A stretch of DNA of 64,000 bases from an uncultured bacterium (lineage in GTDB: Bacteria; Desulfobacterota_D; UBA1144). The notes under the pieces were generated by a model that saw only the letters and a program-made list of their open reading frames with translations, did no database searches and was not told the DNA's origin. Position 1 is the first letter of the stretch; the number at the start of each line of letters is the position of its first letter. This document shows, in pieces, positions 52,423 to 62,392 of the stretch. The position numbers were made by a program, and so were the translations under genes. The DNA lies in the NCBI GenBank assembly GCA_913050245.1, contig CAJWZJ010000006.1, positions 9,212-73,211 on the forward strand, written 5' to 3'.

Positions 52423-52869
52423 ATGAAAATTATTCTTAAAGAAGATATTAAAAAACTTGGAAAGAAGGGGGATATTGTAGAAGTTTCTGATGGTCAGGGA
52501 CGAAATTTTTTAATCCCTAAGAACATGGCAATAGAGGCTACTTCAAAAAACGTAAATCTTCTGAATGAACAAAATAAAGCAACAGAAAAAAAAGAGCAAG
52601 AATCAATTGAAAACGCAAAATTATTGAGTGCCAAAATTGAAAATACCTCAATACATATAAGAGCAAAGGAAAATAATGGAAAACTCTTTGGTTCGATAAC
52701 AAATGCAAAGATTGCAATAGAATTTAATAAGTTGGGAATTAGAATTGATAAGAAAAACATAGAAATTAAAAATCAAATTACACAAATTGGGTCTCATAAA
52801 ATAAGAATAAAATTATATAAAAATTTTTATATTGATAAAATAATAGATATTACTTCTGAAGCAAATTGA
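52423..52869 (+). CDS. rplI: 50S ribosomal protein L9
   Basis: 148 aa. MKIILKEDIKKLGKKGDIVEVSDGQGRNFLIPKNMA. Confidence 0.9.
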   Translation: MKIILKEDIKKLGKKGDIVEVSDGQGRNFLIPKNMAIEATSKNVNLLNEQNKATEKKEQESIENAKLLSAKIENTSIHIRAKENNGKLFGSITNAKIAIEFNKLGIRIDKKNIEIKNQITQIGSHKIRIKLYKNFYIDKIIDITSEAN

Positions 52870-52903
52870 CACATAATAACTATTTATTGTAATCTAAAAA
52901 CTA

Positions 52904-53569
52904 ATGAATCTTTTTGTTATCCCCGGTGGAGCATTTGTAGAGAATACCTACTTGTTAAAATCTGATAACTCAAATGAGCTTATTCTGATTGATCCTGGAA
53001 GTCAGATAAATGAGATTGAAGATCAAATAGCTAAAATAGATTTCGAAAAATTAATCATAGTGAATACACATGCTCACCTTGATCATATATATGGCGTGCA
53101 ATATTTTAAGGAAAAATATTCTGCACCTTTTTATATTCACAAACTTGAACTTCCTATAATAGATGTAATGGTAGATGCATCTATGAGATTTGGATTAGAG
53201 GAGTTTGCTAATCCTAAAGTACCAAAAGTTGATAAATTTATCTCTGATGATGAAGTTCTAAGACTGGCGGGTCTTGAATTCTCTTGCTTATTAGTACCTG
53301 GGCACTCTCCAGGTAGTCTATGCTTTTATTTTTCTAAAGAGAATAATAATATAGAGCAGGATTTTGTAATATGTGGCGATACAGTTTTTGCTGGTAGTAT
53401 TGGGCGAGTTGATTTAACAGGAGGAACAAATATGGAAGATTTAGTTGGAAACATAAATAAAAAATTGATGATTCTTCCAGACGATACTGTTCTTTTTCCT
53501 GGTCACGGGCCAGAGACTCAAGTCGGAATTGAAAAAAAATCTAATCCTTTTCTATTAGGATATACCTAA
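52904..53569 (+). CDS. MBL-fold metallo-hydrolase (glyoxalase II-like)
   Basis: 221 aa. NTHAHLDH (HxHxDH), PGHSPGS, and GDTVFAGSIGRVD. Confidence 0.8.
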   Translation: MNLFVIPGGAFVENTYLLKSDNSNELILIDPGSQINEIEDQIAKIDFEKLIIVNTHAHLDHIYGVQYFKEKYSAPFYIHKLELPIIDVMVDASMRFGLEEFANPKVPKVDKFISDDEVLRLAGLEFSCLLVPGHSPGSLCFYFSKENNNIEQDFVICGDTVFAGSIGRVDLTGGTNMEDLVGNINKKLMILPDDTVLFPGHGPETQVGIEKKSNPFLLGYT

Positions 53570-53851
53570 ATGGATTTAAAGCTTTTTAAGTTAATTTTTT
53601 TATTATCAGCAAGTCTTCTTATAGGTATTTTAATTAATGATGGTATTCAAATTTATCTTCTGAACGATAAGAACAGGAATGTAGTTGAAAATAAGAAATT
53701 TTTAAAGTCTGAAAATTTATCTCTCAGCACAGAAATTGAGCTACTAAAAAATAATAAATCATATATATTGTTGATGGCTAGAGAAAAACTTGGAATGATA
53801 GCTGACGGTGAGGTTGTATACAAGTTTATTCAAAAAGAAAATAGTAAATGA
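53570..53851 (+). CDS. ftsB: Septum formation initiator family protein (FtsB/DivIC-like)
   Basis: 93 aa. N-terminal TM, a coiled coil, and AREKLGMIADGEVVYKF, typical of FtsB. Confidence 0.65.
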   Translation: MDLKLFKLIFLLSASLLIGILINDGIQIYLLNDKNRNVVENKKFLKSENLSLSTEIELLKNNKSYILLMAREKLGMIADGEVVYKFIQKENSK

Positions 53852-54657
53852 CTCAAGCAAAAAAAGAATTAAAAACAATAAGAAAGACACCCAGAAAAGA
53901 CTATGGTCAAAATTTTCTCTCAAATAAAATCAAGATAGAAAAAATAGCAAATTATATAATAGGTAAAAATATAGGTAATGTTGTTGAAATAGGACCAGGT
54001 CTAGGTGCAATTACCGATCAACTAATAAACTCATATAAAAATTTAAATATCAAGTGTATAGAAAAAGATAAAGAACTTTTTAAAATACTAAAAAATAAAT
54101 ATAAAAATAAAAAAAATTTTGATATCCTCAATAAAGATATACTTAATTATGACTTAGGTGTTCATGACAATGCAAAAACTCTTATTTTTGGCAACCTACC
54201 TTACAATATATCTACAAAAATATTAATGAATTTTTGTGACTCCCTATTACAAACACAAACAGAGGGTTTGTTTATGTTCCAAAAAGAGGTAGCTGAAAAA
54301 ATAATTGCTAAAAAACTTAAGAATAATCAGCTCTCATGTAAAATTAAATGTTTTTTTGATATTAAAGAAATTTTGAGATTAAATCAATCAGATTTTTGGC
54401 CCCCACCTAAAATTAAATCCACTTTATTATTATTTACTCCAAAAGAAATTAACTTTGATAAGAATAGATTAAAAGAATTAAATCATTTTTTTAATATAGC
54501 TTTCCAATCTAACAGAAAAAAACTATTCAATAATTTAAGAAATGAATATGATAAGTTATTATTAGAAAAAATATTTGGTGCTCTCAAATTAGATTTATCA
54601 CATAGACCTGAAAACATATATCCTGAGCAATACTTGGAAATTTTTCATTCTTTATAA
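53848..54657 (+). CDS. rsmA: 16S rRNA (adenine1518/1519-N6)-dimethyltransferase
   Basis: 269 aa. YGQNFL, EIGPGLGAIT and GNLPYNIST motifs. Confidence 0.9.
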   Translation: MTQAKKELKTIRKTPRKDYGQNFLSNKIKIEKIANYIIGKNIGNVVEIGPGLGAITDQLINSYKNLNIKCIEKDKELFKILKNKYKNKKNFDILNKDILNYDLGVHDNAKTLIFGNLPYNISTKILMNFCDSLLQTQTEGLFMFQKEVAEKIIAKKLKNNQLSCKIKCFFDIKEILRLNQSDFWPPPKIKSTLLLFTPKEINFDKNRLKELNHFFNIAFQSNRKKLFNNLRNEYDKLLLEKIFGALKLDLSHRPENIYPEQYLEIFHSL

Positions 54658-55869
54658 ATAATAAATTTTTGTTAAAACTTTTTCTATAAAATTTCTTATT
54701 GAATAGTTATGATCATTGACAATAATCGAAAAGCAATAAAGATCATTATTTTTACCAATAAAATATCCAGACAATGAGCTAACACCTTTAATATATCCTG
54801 TTTTTGCTCTAAGATTTTTAAATAAAGGCTTAGATTTAAATCTTTTTAAGAGTGTCCCATCTACGCCAGCAATAGGTAATGAATCATAAAAATAATCAAA
54901 GTAATCTTTGGATGTAGCCCTCTCTAAAAGTAAAGCAATTGAACTAGTTGTAATTTTATTATACTTTGATAGACCTGATCCATCTTCAAGATTAAACTTT
55001 GAATTAGGGATTTTGACTTTTTTGTTAAGAAAAAATCTCATTACTTTTTGAGAGTCTCTCCAAGAACCACTCTTTCTTAAATAATTGGCGGATAGTTTTT
55101 TAAAAATATGTTCAGCATAAAGGTTGTTACTCTTTTTGTTAACAATATGAATTAAATTTGATAAATTGTTTGAATTAATTATAAAAATTGATTTTAAAGG
55201 ATTAAGTTTTTTTAATATTGGAATTCGCCTTAAGCTAATTGAGCCGTTAATTCCAATACCATTATTTTTAAATTGTCTTTTAAGTGTTACTCCTAAAAGG
55301 TACAAAGGGTTATCAGTTAAATATAAATTATCACCAGATTGATAAAGATTTTCATTAACTGCGATAGATGATATGTAGGGAGCCCAGGATAAACCTTTCC
55401 AGCTACTTTTCCATGTTTTATTAAAGAAGGGCTCTTCATAATAGTCATTGTTAATAACAAGATCTCCATTGATTTTTTTTAAACCGGTTTTTTTAAAATA
55501 TAAGACGGCTTTTTTGATTTTAGCGGTTGTGAGACTTGGATCACCTTTCGTATCAACATAAACATGTCCATTAAGCGTTCCGCTTTCATCAATCTTCCCA
55601 GTTGTATAAATATAAGTTTTAAACTGATAGTTAGGTCCCAACAGCTCTAGTGCCGTAATAGTAGTAAGAATTTTTTGATTTGAAGCTGGTGTCATAGCAT
55701 AGTCATGCCTATGTGCCACAATAACTTTATCCTTCGTGATGTTCTTCACATATATTGAGATATTTGGTGTAATCTGAGCCTGGCTTTTAATCATAGAGTT
55801 GATAGATTTGGCATTCAAATTAATTGATATTAAAAAAAACGCTATTATTATTAATGAGCTTCTGACCAT
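54652..55869 (-). CDS. dacB: D-alanyl-D-alanine carboxypeptidase/endopeptidase (PBP4, S13 family), short form
   Basis: 405 aa. Signal peptide, PASNQKILTT (SxxK), DGSGLS (SxN-like), and KTGYI (KTG). Confidence 0.8.
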   Translation of the reverse strand: MVRSSLIIIAFFLISINLNAKSINSMIKSQAQITPNISIYVKNITKDKVIVAHRHDYAMTPASNQKILTTITALELLGPNYQFKTYIYTTGKIDESGTLNGHVYVDTKGDPSLTTAKIKKAVLYFKKTGLKKINGDLVINNDYYEEPFFNKTWKSSWKGLSWAPYISSIAVNENLYQSGDNLYLTDNPLYLLGVTLKRQFKNNGIGINGSISLRRIPILKKLNPLKSIFIINSNNLSNLIHIVNKKSNNLYAEHIFKKLSANYLRKSGSWRDSQKVMRFFLNKKVKIPNSKFNLEDGSGLSKYNKITTSSIALLLERATSKDYFDYFYDSLPIAGVDGTLLKRFKSKPLFKNLRAKTGYIKGVSSLSGYFIGKNNDLYCFSIIVNDHNYSIRNFIEKVLTKIYYL

Positions 55870-58511
55870 GACGAACCTTCATCTATATCAACTTCAAGAG
55901 GTACTTTGAGTTTGATACAATTCTCCATATATTTTTTTATTTTTCTTTTCACATCATCGACTTTATCTTTTTTACATTCAAAAACAAGTTCATCATGAAC
56001 TTGAATAATAAGACTAGAATGGTCTTTTAATGATTTATCATTATTTATATCAATCATTGCTAATTTTATAATATCTGAGGCTGAACCTTGGATTGGTGTA
56101 TTTATAGCTGCTCTTTCATTAGCAGATCTTAATAAATAGTTTTTAGAGTTAATATCTTTAAGATATCTTCTTCTTTTTAGAATAGTCTCCACAAAACCAT
56201 GTTCCCTAGTAAAATTGATTGTATCATCAAAATATTCCTTAACTCTCAAATAACGATTAAAATATTTTTCAATATATTCTCTTGCGGTCTTAATATCACT
56301 ATTGATTTGAAGAGATAACCTTTTTGGACCGATTCCATATATAATTCCAAAATTTATTGTCTTAGCAAGACTTCTTTCCTGTTGGCTAACTTCATTTAAT
56401 GGAATATTAAAAATTTCAGATGCGGTATTAAGGTGAATATCTTCATTATTGAGATAACTCTTCAGCATTGTAGGGTCATTGGAAAAATGTGCAAGTAATC
56501 TAAGTTCAATTTGTGAATAATCAGCAGATAGTATTATTGAATTTTTTCTCTGGGGTATAAAGGAGTCTCTAATTTGCTTACCCTCTTTTGTTTTGATGGG
56601 AATATTTTGTAAATTTGGATTACTAGATGATAAACGGCCGGTTGAGGTCCCAGTTTGATTATAAGATGTATGAACCCTATTCGTTTTGGGATTTATTAAT
56701 GATGGTAGCGAATCTAAATAGGTTGACTTGAGCTTAGTATAGAATCTGTATGATAGTATTTGTAAAATTATAGGGTGCTGGCCTTCCATGCTCTGGAGTG
56801 ATTCTGAATCAGTTGAAAATTCTCCTTTTTTTGTTTTTTTAAAAGGTTTAAGATTTAATTTATTAAACAAAACGTCTCTCATTTGCAAAGTAGAATTTAT
56901 GTTAAATTCAAATTGTACTAAACCATAAATTTTTTTTTGAATTTCTGTAATTTGTTTTTCAAATTTTTTTGAAATTTCGCTTAGTTTTTTTATATCAATA
57001 TAAGCACCATTATGTTCAAGGTCAGCTAGTACTGACACAAAGGTCATCTCATTTTTTTCAAAATCATCTAGACACTTAGCATCAATTAACATATTATTAA
57101 AAATTTTATATAATCTTAGTGCAATATCAGAATCTTCACACGCATAGGTTGTAGCAATATTAATAGGAACTTCATCAAATCTTATTTCTTTTTTATCGAC
57201 TTTGGTTACATCTTTATATGAAATCATCTTATAATCCAAAAATTTTCTTGCAAGGCTGTCTAAACTATAGCTTTGCAAGGAACTGTCAAGAAAATGTGCA
57301 GCTATCATTGTATCAAAAAAAATTCCTTTTAAGTCTATTGAATAATTTGAAAAAACAAGTTTTTCATATTTTAAATTCTGGCCTATTTTTTTTATCTTGG
57401 GATTTTCTAATATATTTTTAAAAATATCTATGAATTCATTTAATTCTAATTGTGGATTCTTAGATAAATGTGCGACTGGTATATAAAATCCTTCATTCTC
57501 AGCTAGTGATATTGCTATACCAACTATTTCTGCTTCAAGTCCATTTATTGATGTCGTTTCAAGATCAATGGAAAAAAGCTTTTTTTTGTTTATATCTTTT
57601 GCTATTTTCTTTAGAGATTTCACTTCTGTGATGGTTTTATAATTTGAGATAGATTCGAAAGTTGTATGGGAATCTTCATCAACCATTGAATCAAATTCAA
57701 GCTCTTTAAATAATTTATTTAAACCTTCTTGATCACTAGATGAAATTAAAAAATCATCAATTTTCTCTTTGATTTTTATATTTTTTTCTATTGTAATTAG
57801 CTCTTTACTTAAATATGCAAAATCTTTATTGTCTGTTAAAAGATTTTGTATTCTTTCTTTTTCAACTTTTGAAATATTTTTGTATAAATTATCTAAATTT
57901 TTAAAATCACTTATTAATGATTGTGCTGTTTTAGGTCCAATACCTTTGACTCCAGGAATATTATCAATTGAGTCACCGACAAGTGAAAAATAATCAATCA
58001 TTTGATCTGGCTTAAGGCCATATTTTAAAACTACTTCTTTTTGATCTGTAATTTTATTTTTCATTGTATCAAGCATTATAGTTTTTTTATTTATAAGCTG
58101 TGTAAAATCCTTGTCGCCTGAAATTATTGTAATTTTAATCTGGTCCTCAAATTTTTTTGATAATGATCCTATTATGTCGTCTGCTTCATAATTATGTAAC
58201 GACATAGTTTTAATTCCTCTTAATTGTAAGTACTTAATAATTTTTGGAAATTGTAATGAAATATCTTCGGGAGCCTCACCCCTATTAGCCTTATATTCTG
58301 GATAAATGTCATTCCTAAATGATTTTCCACCAGAGTCAAATACAGCAACAAAAAATTCTGGTTTTTTTTCATCTATGAATTTATTAATCATATTAATAAA
58401 TCCAAAGATTGCATTTGTAGGAAATCCTTTTGAGTTGGCAAGATAACCAATTGCATGATAAGCCCTAAAAACATATGAGCTTGCATCTAAAATAAAAAAA
58501 TTTTTTGACAT
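55851..58511 (-). CDS. polA: DNA polymerase I
   Basis: 886 aa. 5' nuclease N-terminus, 3'-5' exo motif SIDLETTS, and polymerase motifs DYSQIELRLLAH, RSLAKTINFGIIYG and QVHDELVFE. Confidence 0.95.
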   Translation of the reverse strand: MSKNFFILDASSYVFRAYHAIGYLANSKGFPTNAIFGFINMINKFIDEKKPEFFVAVFDSGGKSFRNDIYPEYKANRGEAPEDISLQFPKIIKYLQLRGIKTMSLHNYEADDIIGSLSKKFEDQIKITIISGDKDFTQLINKKTIMLDTMKNKITDQKEVVLKYGLKPDQMIDYFSLVGDSIDNIPGVKGIGPKTAQSLISDFKNLDNLYKNISKVEKERIQNLLTDNKDFAYLSKELITIEKNIKIKEKIDDFLISSSDQEGLNKLFKELEFDSMVDEDSHTTFESISNYKTITEVKSLKKIAKDINKKKLFSIDLETTSINGLEAEIVGIAISLAENEGFYIPVAHLSKNPQLELNEFIDIFKNILENPKIKKIGQNLKYEKLVFSNYSIDLKGIFFDTMIAAHFLDSSLQSYSLDSLARKFLDYKMISYKDVTKVDKKEIRFDEVPINIATTYACEDSDIALRLYKIFNNMLIDAKCLDDFEKNEMTFVSVLADLEHNGAYIDIKKLSEISKKFEKQITEIQKKIYGLVQFEFNINSTLQMRDVLFNKLNLKPFKKTKKGEFSTDSESLQSMEGQHPIILQILSYRFYTKLKSTYLDSLPSLINPKTNRVHTSYNQTGTSTGRLSSSNPNLQNIPIKTKEGKQIRDSFIPQRKNSIILSADYSQIELRLLAHFSNDPTMLKSYLNNEDIHLNTASEIFNIPLNEVSQQERSLAKTINFGIIYGIGPKRLSLQINSDIKTAREYIEKYFNRYLRVKEYFDDTINFTREHGFVETILKRRRYLKDINSKNYLLRSANERAAINTPIQGSASDIIKLAMIDINNDKSLKDHSSLIIQVHDELVFECKKDKVDDVKRKIKKYMENCIKLKVPLEVDIDEGSSWSEAH

Positions 58512-58514
58512 TAA

Positions 58515-58823
58515 TTATTTATCTAAGATATCGGCAAGTTCACCTTTATCATTAAGTTCTATACAGATATCACATCCACCTATAAACTCTCCATTTACAT
58601 AAAGCTGAGGTATTGTAGGCCAATTAGAAAATTCTTTTATACCAGCTCTAAGTTCAGGGTCTGATAAGACATCAAAAGATATATATATTGTTCCCAGTTG
58701 ACTCAGAATTTGAACAACTTTTGCAGAAAAGCCACATTGTGGCATCTCAGGGGTACCCTTCATGTATAAGACAACTTTGTTTTCACTTACTGTTTTTTTT
58801 ATTTCCTCACTAATATTGCTCAT
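58515..58823 (-). CDS. grxD: Monothiol glutaredoxin (Grx4 family)
   Basis: 102 aa. VVLYMKGTPEMPQCGFS active site, WPTIPQLYVNGEFIGGCDI. Confidence 0.9.
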   Translation of the reverse strand: MSNISEEIKKTVSENKVVLYMKGTPEMPQCGFSAKVVQILSQLGTIYISFDVLSDPELRAGIKEFSNWPTIPQLYVNGEFIGGCDICIELNDKGELADILDK

Positions 58824-58847
58824 TTGTCTCTCCTTTATAAATTTAAG

Positions 58848-59084
58848 TTATTTTAGTTCATTTGATTCATCAATTGTTAATGTTTTCATGGATAAAGCAT
58901 GTATGGCTTCCTTCATCTCTTCTTGAAGTATTGAATATATCATCTTATGTCTTTGAAGAGTATTCTTTCCATCGAATTCTTGACTTATAATTATTGCTTC
59001 AAAATGGGTTCCATCACCAGTTACTGTTACTTTAGAACCAGAAAGGCCTTTTTCAATTTTATCCTTTATATAAGATTCGTTCAT
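58848..59084 (-). CDS. bolA: BolA family protein
   Basis: 78 aa. VTGDGTHFEAIIIS..F.GK..LQRHKMIY pattern. Adjacent to grxD, its usual partner. Confidence 0.8.
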   Translation of the reverse strand: MNESYIKDKIEKGLSGSKVTVTGDGTHFEAIIISQEFDGKNTLQRHKMIYSILQEEMKEAIHALSMKTLTIDESNELK

Positions 59085-59097
59085 ATGATATTATAAC

Positions 59098-60336
59098 TTA
59101 AAAAAGTAACCCAAGGATATTAAGTATAAATATAAAACTAAATAATATTAAAAAAGTTATACCAAATATTGCCAATGATTTAATATATGGGGATGGCCTA
59201 TATTTTTCCGGAAAATCAACATTGTAAATTAACTTATAATTTAGAATTGCAAGAAAAGGGGCTGTCATAAAAGATAATATTGTTGCTAAATCAACAAGAA
59301 ATCTCATATGAGAACCCAGAAAAATAATTGTTATTATTGTACCGATTGTGACAAAAGATAAAAACATTGGCTCTAATCTTTTAGTATTTTCATTTATAGA
59401 AAGCTGATAACATTTTTTTAAAACTTTTGGGAATGCATCCAAGCAAGTTAAGGTTGTGCTAAACATAGTGGAAAAAGCTGTTAACAAAATAATATTTTTT
59501 GCCCAAGTTCCTAAGGAACTGTAAAGTTTAATTAATTGATCGACAAAAGCTGATGAAGAACTCCCAAAATCAACTCCTGAACCATAAAAAACATTTGCAC
59601 CCAGAATGACAAAAGCGCATGCTAAAATAGAAGTCCAAATATAAGAAAAATTAAAATCAAATTTATTGTCTAAATATGAGATATTGAATCCTCTTTTTTT
59701 CTTCTCCATAATCCAAATTGAAGACCATGCCGATAAGTCTATAGGTGAAGGCATCCATCCTATCAAAGCTATTATAAAAGTGATACCGGCATATGAAAGT
59801 ATTTCGGGCTCAACAAAGCTAGGGGCTATGGTTTTGTTAATATCAAAAGTCATAAAAAGCGATAACAAAGTCGAAAAGATAAGTATTAAAACAAGAATTT
59901 TTACGAAAGAATCAAATAAATTTCTTTTCATAAAAACTATCACTGATAAACATAGAAGTAAAATGATTGATGAACAATAAATATAATTTATATCTAAATT
60001 TAGCCAGTTTTTAAGAATAGCAGCAGTTACTCTTGTCACTCCAGCTTGGATGGTAAACATTGTTAATATTGTTAGTCCGGCAAAAAGATATAGCGCCCAT
60101 GAACCAATTTTTTTATATCCATCTAAAACTGTTTCATTTTTCACCACAGTATATCTTGTTGAAAATTCAAAAAAAGGGTATTTAATAAAATTTGCAAGTA
60201 TTACGGCATATAGCATTATAATACCAAAATTTGCTCCGGCACGAGTTGACTGAACGATATGTGATACACCTATTGCGGCTGATGCCCAAAGTATCGAAGG
60301 GCCTAAGACTTGAAACTTAGAAAATAATTTCTTCAT
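59098..60336 (-). CDS. Nramp-fold (COG1914-like) transporter lacking the canonical DPGN metal site
   Basis: Start set at ATG 60336 (MKKLFSKFQVLGPS); 60354 is also possible. The track start at 60459 overlaps the divergent gene. LGPSILWASAAIGVSHIVQSTRAGANFG aligns without gaps to E. coli MntH [28 protein letters not shown]. WMPSP aligns to VMPHA in TM6. Confidence 0.7.
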   Translation of the reverse strand: MKKLFSKFQVLGPSILWASAAIGVSHIVQSTRAGANFGIIMLYAVILANFIKYPFFEFSTRYTVVKNETVLDGYKKIGSWALYLFAGLTILTMFTIQAGVTRVTAAILKNWLNLDINYIYCSSIILLLCLSVIVFMKRNLFDSFVKILVLILIFSTLLSLFMTFDINKTIAPSFVEPEILSYAGITFIIALIGWMPSPIDLSAWSSIWIMEKKKRGFNISYLDNKFDFNFSYIWTSILACAFVILGANVFYGSGVDFGSSSSAFVDQLIKLYSSLGTWAKNIILLTAFSTMFSTTLTCLDAFPKVLKKCYQLSINENTKRLEPMFLSFVTIGTIITIIFLGSHMRFLVDLATILSFMTAPFLAILNYKLIYNVDFPEKYRPSPYIKSLAIFGITFLILFSFIFILNILGLLF

Positions 60337-60375
60337 TAATATTAAAATATACATAATCTTAGTTAAAATAAGAAT

Positions 60376-61341
60376 GTGTCTAATAATACAAAAAGAACTG
60401 TCGCAATTGCAGGAACTGGACTTAGTGCAATCTTTGCTGCCATAAGGATAAGATCTCAAATGGATGTCAATTTATTAATGTTTGATAAAGCAAGGGGGCT
60501 TGGCGGTAGACTGGCTACTCGAAGGGCAGATAATGGAAAGTTTGATCATGGAGCGCAATATTTTAATTTATCAGAATTAAAAGAAATTCCTGAAATTAAA
60601 GAATTAATAGATAGCAAAATAATCTGTAGTTTGGAAAATTCGGACAAGTTTTTTGCTCCTGGTGGGATGACAAACATCGCTAAATTTCTCTTAGAAGGTT
60701 TTGATATTAAAAAACAGCATAAGCTTATAGATTTTAAAAAAAATGGTCATGAATATATTTTAAATTTTGAAAATACTGAGTCTCTAGCTTGTAATGATCT
60801 GATATTATCTTGTCCAATGCCTCAGACAATTGAAATATTAGAAAATAGTGATCCCAATTATTTGAAAGATTTCATGACGGATTTATCAATTCTTGAATAT
60901 GAACCATGTATTGTACTAATGATTAAATCAAAAAATAAACTTGCTCACTTAAATAAAGAATTAGGAAATTTGTATGAAGGTAGAAATATATCGTGGGTAG
61001 GGGATAACAGTCTTAAGCAAGTTTCTGATGTTGAAAATTTTTATACTGTACAATGTAATGAAAATTTTAGTAAAGAAAATTTTGAAAATGAGTATGAAAG
61101 GACAAATGATCTATTAAAAACTGAATTAGAAACAATTTTTGGTGATGGGTACGAAATTTTATCTAATCATAAGTGGAGATATTCAGTGCCTAAAAACTTT
61201 TACGAAGGCGATGATTCCCTCATAATTCGTGAAGAAAACTTTATAGGGTTGTGTGGTGATATCTTTACGAATGGCAAGTTCAGTGGGGCCATAAAGTCTG
61301 GTATATCAATTGCTGATAAGTATGTAAAAAATGGACTTTAG
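60376..61341 (+). CDS. Renalase-like NAD(P)/FAD-dependent oxidoreductase (COG3380-type)
   Basis: 321 aa. VAIAGTGLSA dinucleotide fold, GLGGRLATRR, FDHGAQYF, and HKWRYS near the C-terminus. GTG start. Confidence 0.7.
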   Translation: MSNNTKRTVAIAGTGLSAIFAAIRIRSQMDVNLLMFDKARGLGGRLATRRADNGKFDHGAQYFNLSELKEIPEIKELIDSKIICSLENSDKFFAPGGMTNIAKFLLEGFDIKKQHKLIDFKKNGHEYILNFENTESLACNDLILSCPMPQTIEILENSDPNYLKDFMTDLSILEYEPCIVLMIKSKNKLAHLNKELGNLYEGRNISWVGDNSLKQVSDVENFYTVQCNENFSKENFENEYERTNDLLKTELETIFGDGYEILSNHKWRYSVPKNFYEGDDSLIIREENFIGLCGDIFTNGKFSGAIKSGISIADKYVKNGL

Positions 61342-62392
61342 AAATAAAAAACTTTCTATTGGTATAATTTATGTTGGAATCATAGTAGTTCTATCTCTTC
61401 TGGGTCTTTTTTATAATATTGGCTCAATCGTTTCTACGGTTGATAGTAAAGTTTTTATCACATTAGGTATTTACTATTTTTTTTATCTGTTACTAACACT
61501 TCCACTTGATTTTGTTTTTAGTAATGAATTAAACAATGAAAAGGATCATTCAATAAAAAAAATATTTCTTTTTAATTTTCTACTATTTATTATTTTTTAT
61601 ACTTCAGGAGTTCTTCTATATTTTGTTTTAATAAATAATTCTTTTATTTATCTTATTATTTACTCATTAATAATGCAAATATTACTCCTAATAATCCAGA
61701 ACTTGGTTATGCGATTTTTCTTTATTAAAAATCAAAAAGAATATAGCGGCCTAGAAGTGCTAGAACTAAAAGATTCCCCTAAATATATGACATCTAATAT
61801 CATTTATGGAGTTTTTTCAAAATGTATTTTGATACCAGAGCACTGGTTACTAGAAAATACAGAAAATTATAATTTTCATTTAAAAAGAATATTTATAATG
61901 TGTAAAAATAAAATCTTCATTAAGGTATTGCTTGTTTCGGCTTTTTTAAACACTATAGTTCTTACTACAGCCATTTATATAGCAAAAGATTACTATATAG
62001 ATAATATAGAACTTATAATAAATCTTTCACTTCTGTTTAACTTAGTATGCTTTATATATATTTTATTACTTCCAAAATTAAGTCAGTGGGGTGTAATGAA
62101 TATTGATAATATTATGAAAAAAGATAACATTGAAATTTATAAAAAGAATTTAGAAATTTTTGAAAAGAACCAGGATAAAAATAATCAAATAAACCAAAAC
62201 ATTGAGAGCATTTTTTATCCCATACCTTCCGTGAATACTAGAATTAAAAATCAAAAAAACTTCAGTCTTACTTTTCCAAATATTTCTAGAACTATAATTT
62301 TTATGATGATGTTTGGTGCATCGATAATTTTAAAAGGAGTTCATGGAAATGCAGGAAAGCCCGAGAACTGGATTTTTCCACCTACCGAATGA
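61331..62392 (+). CDS. Polytopic membrane protein (353 aa), hypothetical
   Basis: About 6-7 hydrophobic segments. Its start overlaps the upstream gene by 11 nt, and its stop overlaps the next ATG (ATGA). No catalytic motif identified. Confidence 0.55.
   Translation: MDFRNKKLSIGIIYVGIIVVLSLLGLFYNIGSIVSTVDSKVFITLGIYYFFYLLLTLPLDFVFSNELNNEKDHSIKKIFLFNFLLFIIFYTSGVLLYFVLINNSFIYLIIYSLIMQILLLIIQNLVMRFFFIKNQKEYSGLEVLELKDSPKYMTSNIIYGVFSKCILIPEHWLLENTENYNFHLKRIFIMCKNKIFIKVLLVSAFLNTIVLTTAIYIAKDYYIDNIELIINLSLLFNLVCFIYILLLPKLSQWGVMNIDNIMKKDNIEIYKKNLEIFEKNQDKNNQINQNIESIFYPIPSVNTRIKNQKNFSLTFPNISRTIIFMMMFGASIILKGVHGNAGKPENWIFPPTE

Noticed and set aside
60337-60459. N-terminal extensions in track ORFs: 59098..60459, 13848.., 15532.., 45502.., 29482.., 36649...
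   Set aside because: The extensions overlap neighbouring genes or divergent starts and have odd composition. Internal starts give the conserved N-termini (and an SD for folD and the aminotransferase), so the starts were moved.
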